Positions 61,608 through 64,000 of a stretch of DNA of 64,000 nucleotides are shown here, in pieces. This DNA is from Eledone cirrhosa. Its lineage: Eukaryota. The DNA is taken from contig OZ024744.1 of assembly GCA_964016885.1 (NCBI GenBank), positions 100,626,001 to 100,690,000 on the forward strand, read 5' to 3'. A program made the position numbers and the translations under genes. A model generated the notes under the pieces. It was not told the DNA's origin. It did not search any database and saw nothing but the letters and a program-made list of their open reading frames with translations. Each line of letters opens with the position of its first letter. The first letter of the stretch is position 1.

Positions 61608-61796
61608 ATAAACAAAAATAAAAAAGGAAAAAAAATACAGTAGAAAATGCTGGAGGGATTTTTTCAGTATATCTAAACATTTATTTATAAATGTGGAAAT
61701 ACCCACTTTATAAATAAATGTTTAGATATTATGCTGAAAAAATCCATCCGGCATTTTCTACTGTATTTTTTTTCCTTTTTGTTATTTTTTGTTTAT
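61608..61796. repeat. Fold-back hairpin with arms of about 88 bp and a very short loop
   Basis: ataaacaaaaata..atctaaacatttatttataaa.gtgg / ccac.tttataaataaatgtttagat..ttttgtttat. Confidence 0.9.
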
Positions 61797-62195
61797 CCCG
61801 CCTTGCCTAAGTACAAAGCGAAACCTACAGTCAGTAGGCACCTCTTAACAAAAATACACCCCCATCCCACTACCCCCACCCCATCCACACCACCCCTTTC
61901 GATGTAAAGTTATGTTGGTACCACAACATCCAGTCCAAAATAAATGAGGTCGTGTAGGTGTCACGACAAAAAAACACACAGTCCACGCTGTAATGTGGCC
62001 GTGTAGGTAACACGGTAAAAACATCCCAGCCCCACACTGTAAACGTGGTTGGTGTTAGGAAGGGCATCCAGCCATAGAAAACCCACCAGACAGTCCTATA
62101 CAAGCAAGACAACCAATCTTGCCTCAAGTGGGAAAATTCCCGTCCAAACCCATGCAAGCGTGGAAGATGGACGTTAAACGATGATGATGATGATG
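61797..62195 (+). mobile_element. RTE family C-like 3' UTR and tail
   Basis: Reverse complement of 52215-52640-type sequence; (GAT)n tail. Confidence 0.85.
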
Positions 62196-62203
62196 TATAT
62201 ATA

Positions 62204-62536
62204 TCATCATCATTTTACGTCTGCTTTTTCCCTGCTTGCAAGGGGGGGACGGGAACTGATTCTGGCTGATTTCTACAGCTGGATGCCCTTCCTAACACCA
62301 ACCTCATTTACAGTGAGTGCTGGGTGCTTTTTTTGCCATGGCACCTCCACGACCACTTTGCAGTGGAATGATAGGGACCCCAGTCCTATCATCTCATTTC
62401 TACAGCTGAGTAAACTGGAGCAATGTGAAATAAAATGTCTTGCTCAAGGAAACAACACATCACCCGGTCTGAGAATTGAACTCACAACCTTTCGATTGCA
62501 AGGCCAATGCTCTAACCGCTAAACCATGTGCCTCCA
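62204..62536 (-). mobile_element. tRNA/RTE-tail SINE
   Basis: Third near-identical copy of 5423-5762. Confidence 0.88.
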
Positions 62537-62830
<294 letters not shown>

Positions 62831-63971
62831 TCATCATCATCATCATCAAGGTTTAGCGTTCGTGTTCCACGCTTGCATGGGTTTGGACGGGGGTTTTCCC
62901 ACTTGAGGCAAGAGTGGTTGTCTTGCTCGCATAGGACTGTCTGGCGGGTTTTCTACAGCTGGATGCCCTTCCTAACACCAAGCACATTTACAGTGTGGGG
63001 CTGGGAGGTTTTTACCGTGTTGCCTACATGGCCACATTACAGCGTGGACTGTCTGGCGGGTTTTCTACAGCTGGATGCCCTTCCTAACACCAACCACATT
63101 TACAGTGTGGGGCTGGGAGGTTTTTACCGTGTTGCCTACACGGCCACATTTACAGCGTGGACTGTGAGTTTTTTTTTGTCGTGACACCTACACGATCTCA
63201 TTTGTTTCGGCCTGGATGTTGTGGCACCAACATAACTTTACATTGAAAGGGGCGGTGTGGATGGGGTGGGGGTGGTGGGACGGGGGTGTGTTTTGATAGA
63301 GATGCCTACTGACTGTAGTAGGTTTTACTTTGTATTTAGGTAAGGCGGGTCTTCTTTATTACTGAGTACCGCCAAAGGTCTCGGTCCAGTGACATTGTCT
63401 TGGAGAGGTGTAAGCGTGTGAGGTCGGAATTTATCATGTCATCCCAGGTTTTTCTGGGTCTGCCTACTCCGTGGCTACTGTCTATCTTTATTGCCCTGCA
63501 CTTTGTTATACAACTGTCGTCTTTCATGCACATCACGTGACCATACCAACGTAGCCTTCTTTCGAATAAACAACATCTGATCCCTCTTATTTCTAATTTT
63601 TTCCTTAGTTCGTTTATGCTTAGCCGTTCACGTATATTACTATTGCACATCCAGCGGAGCATGCAAGCTTCGTTCCTCTCTAGTCTGCGTATATCCTCTG
63701 CACACAATGCCCAGGTCTCACTGCCATGCAACATTGCTGTTCGTATGCAGGCATCGTATAACCTGCCTTTCATTTTTAGGGAGAACCCTTTAGCGGCTAA
63801 TAGTGGTATAAGCTCTCTGAACTTTTTCCATCCAGTTCTGACTCTAGCTACTGTACTTTCAGAGCACCCTCCCCCACTGCTGATTTTGTCACCCAGGTAA
63901 CGGAAGCTGTCCACTATTTCTATAGAACCCTCTGCGCAATTGAAAGAGCTAGTATTTTGTGGGCACTTGCA
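62831..63971 (-). mobile_element. RTE family C, 5'-truncated, with a tandem duplication of about 112 bp in the 3' UTR
   Basis: KCPQNTSSFNC..KKTRLT* nearly identical to the C-terminus of the 1006-aa ORF; duplicated segment about 62934-63164. Confidence 0.93.
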
Positions 63972-64000
63972 CATGTAAATATATACATATTTATACATAT

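Overview
AT-rich metazoan genomic DNA, most likely an octopod cephalopod (inferred from abundant RTE LINEs with (GAT)n tails, Ceph-type SINE motifs and dense (TA)n microsatellites). The only host gene I can support is a Nup98-96-like FG/GLFG nucleoporin on the + strand: five phase-compatible exons at 1050-1348, 5838-5991, 34106-34264, 34869-34935 and 36029-36143, one intron being 28 kb. The rest is transposon-derived: at least four RTE LINE families (one copy keeps an open 1006-aa endonuclease + RT + PHD-like finger ORF), two tRNA-SINE families, CRE-clade endonuclease fragments, piggyBac remnants with derived TTAA MITEs, a deleted mariner, a DD37D element, a small Helitron, a probable solo LTR, minisatellites and a 200-N gap. 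The most striking signal the ORF track does not explain is about 15 hammerhead-ribozyme-like motifs (CUGANGA-stem-GAAA) on both strands. Many lie in long fold-back hairpins or beside (TA)n tracts, and one abuts a decayed Penelope-like RT. This suggests a population of tiny Penelope/retrozyme-type elements in and downstream of the Nup98 introns. All calls were made by eye with no alignments or database searches, so element boundaries are approximate.
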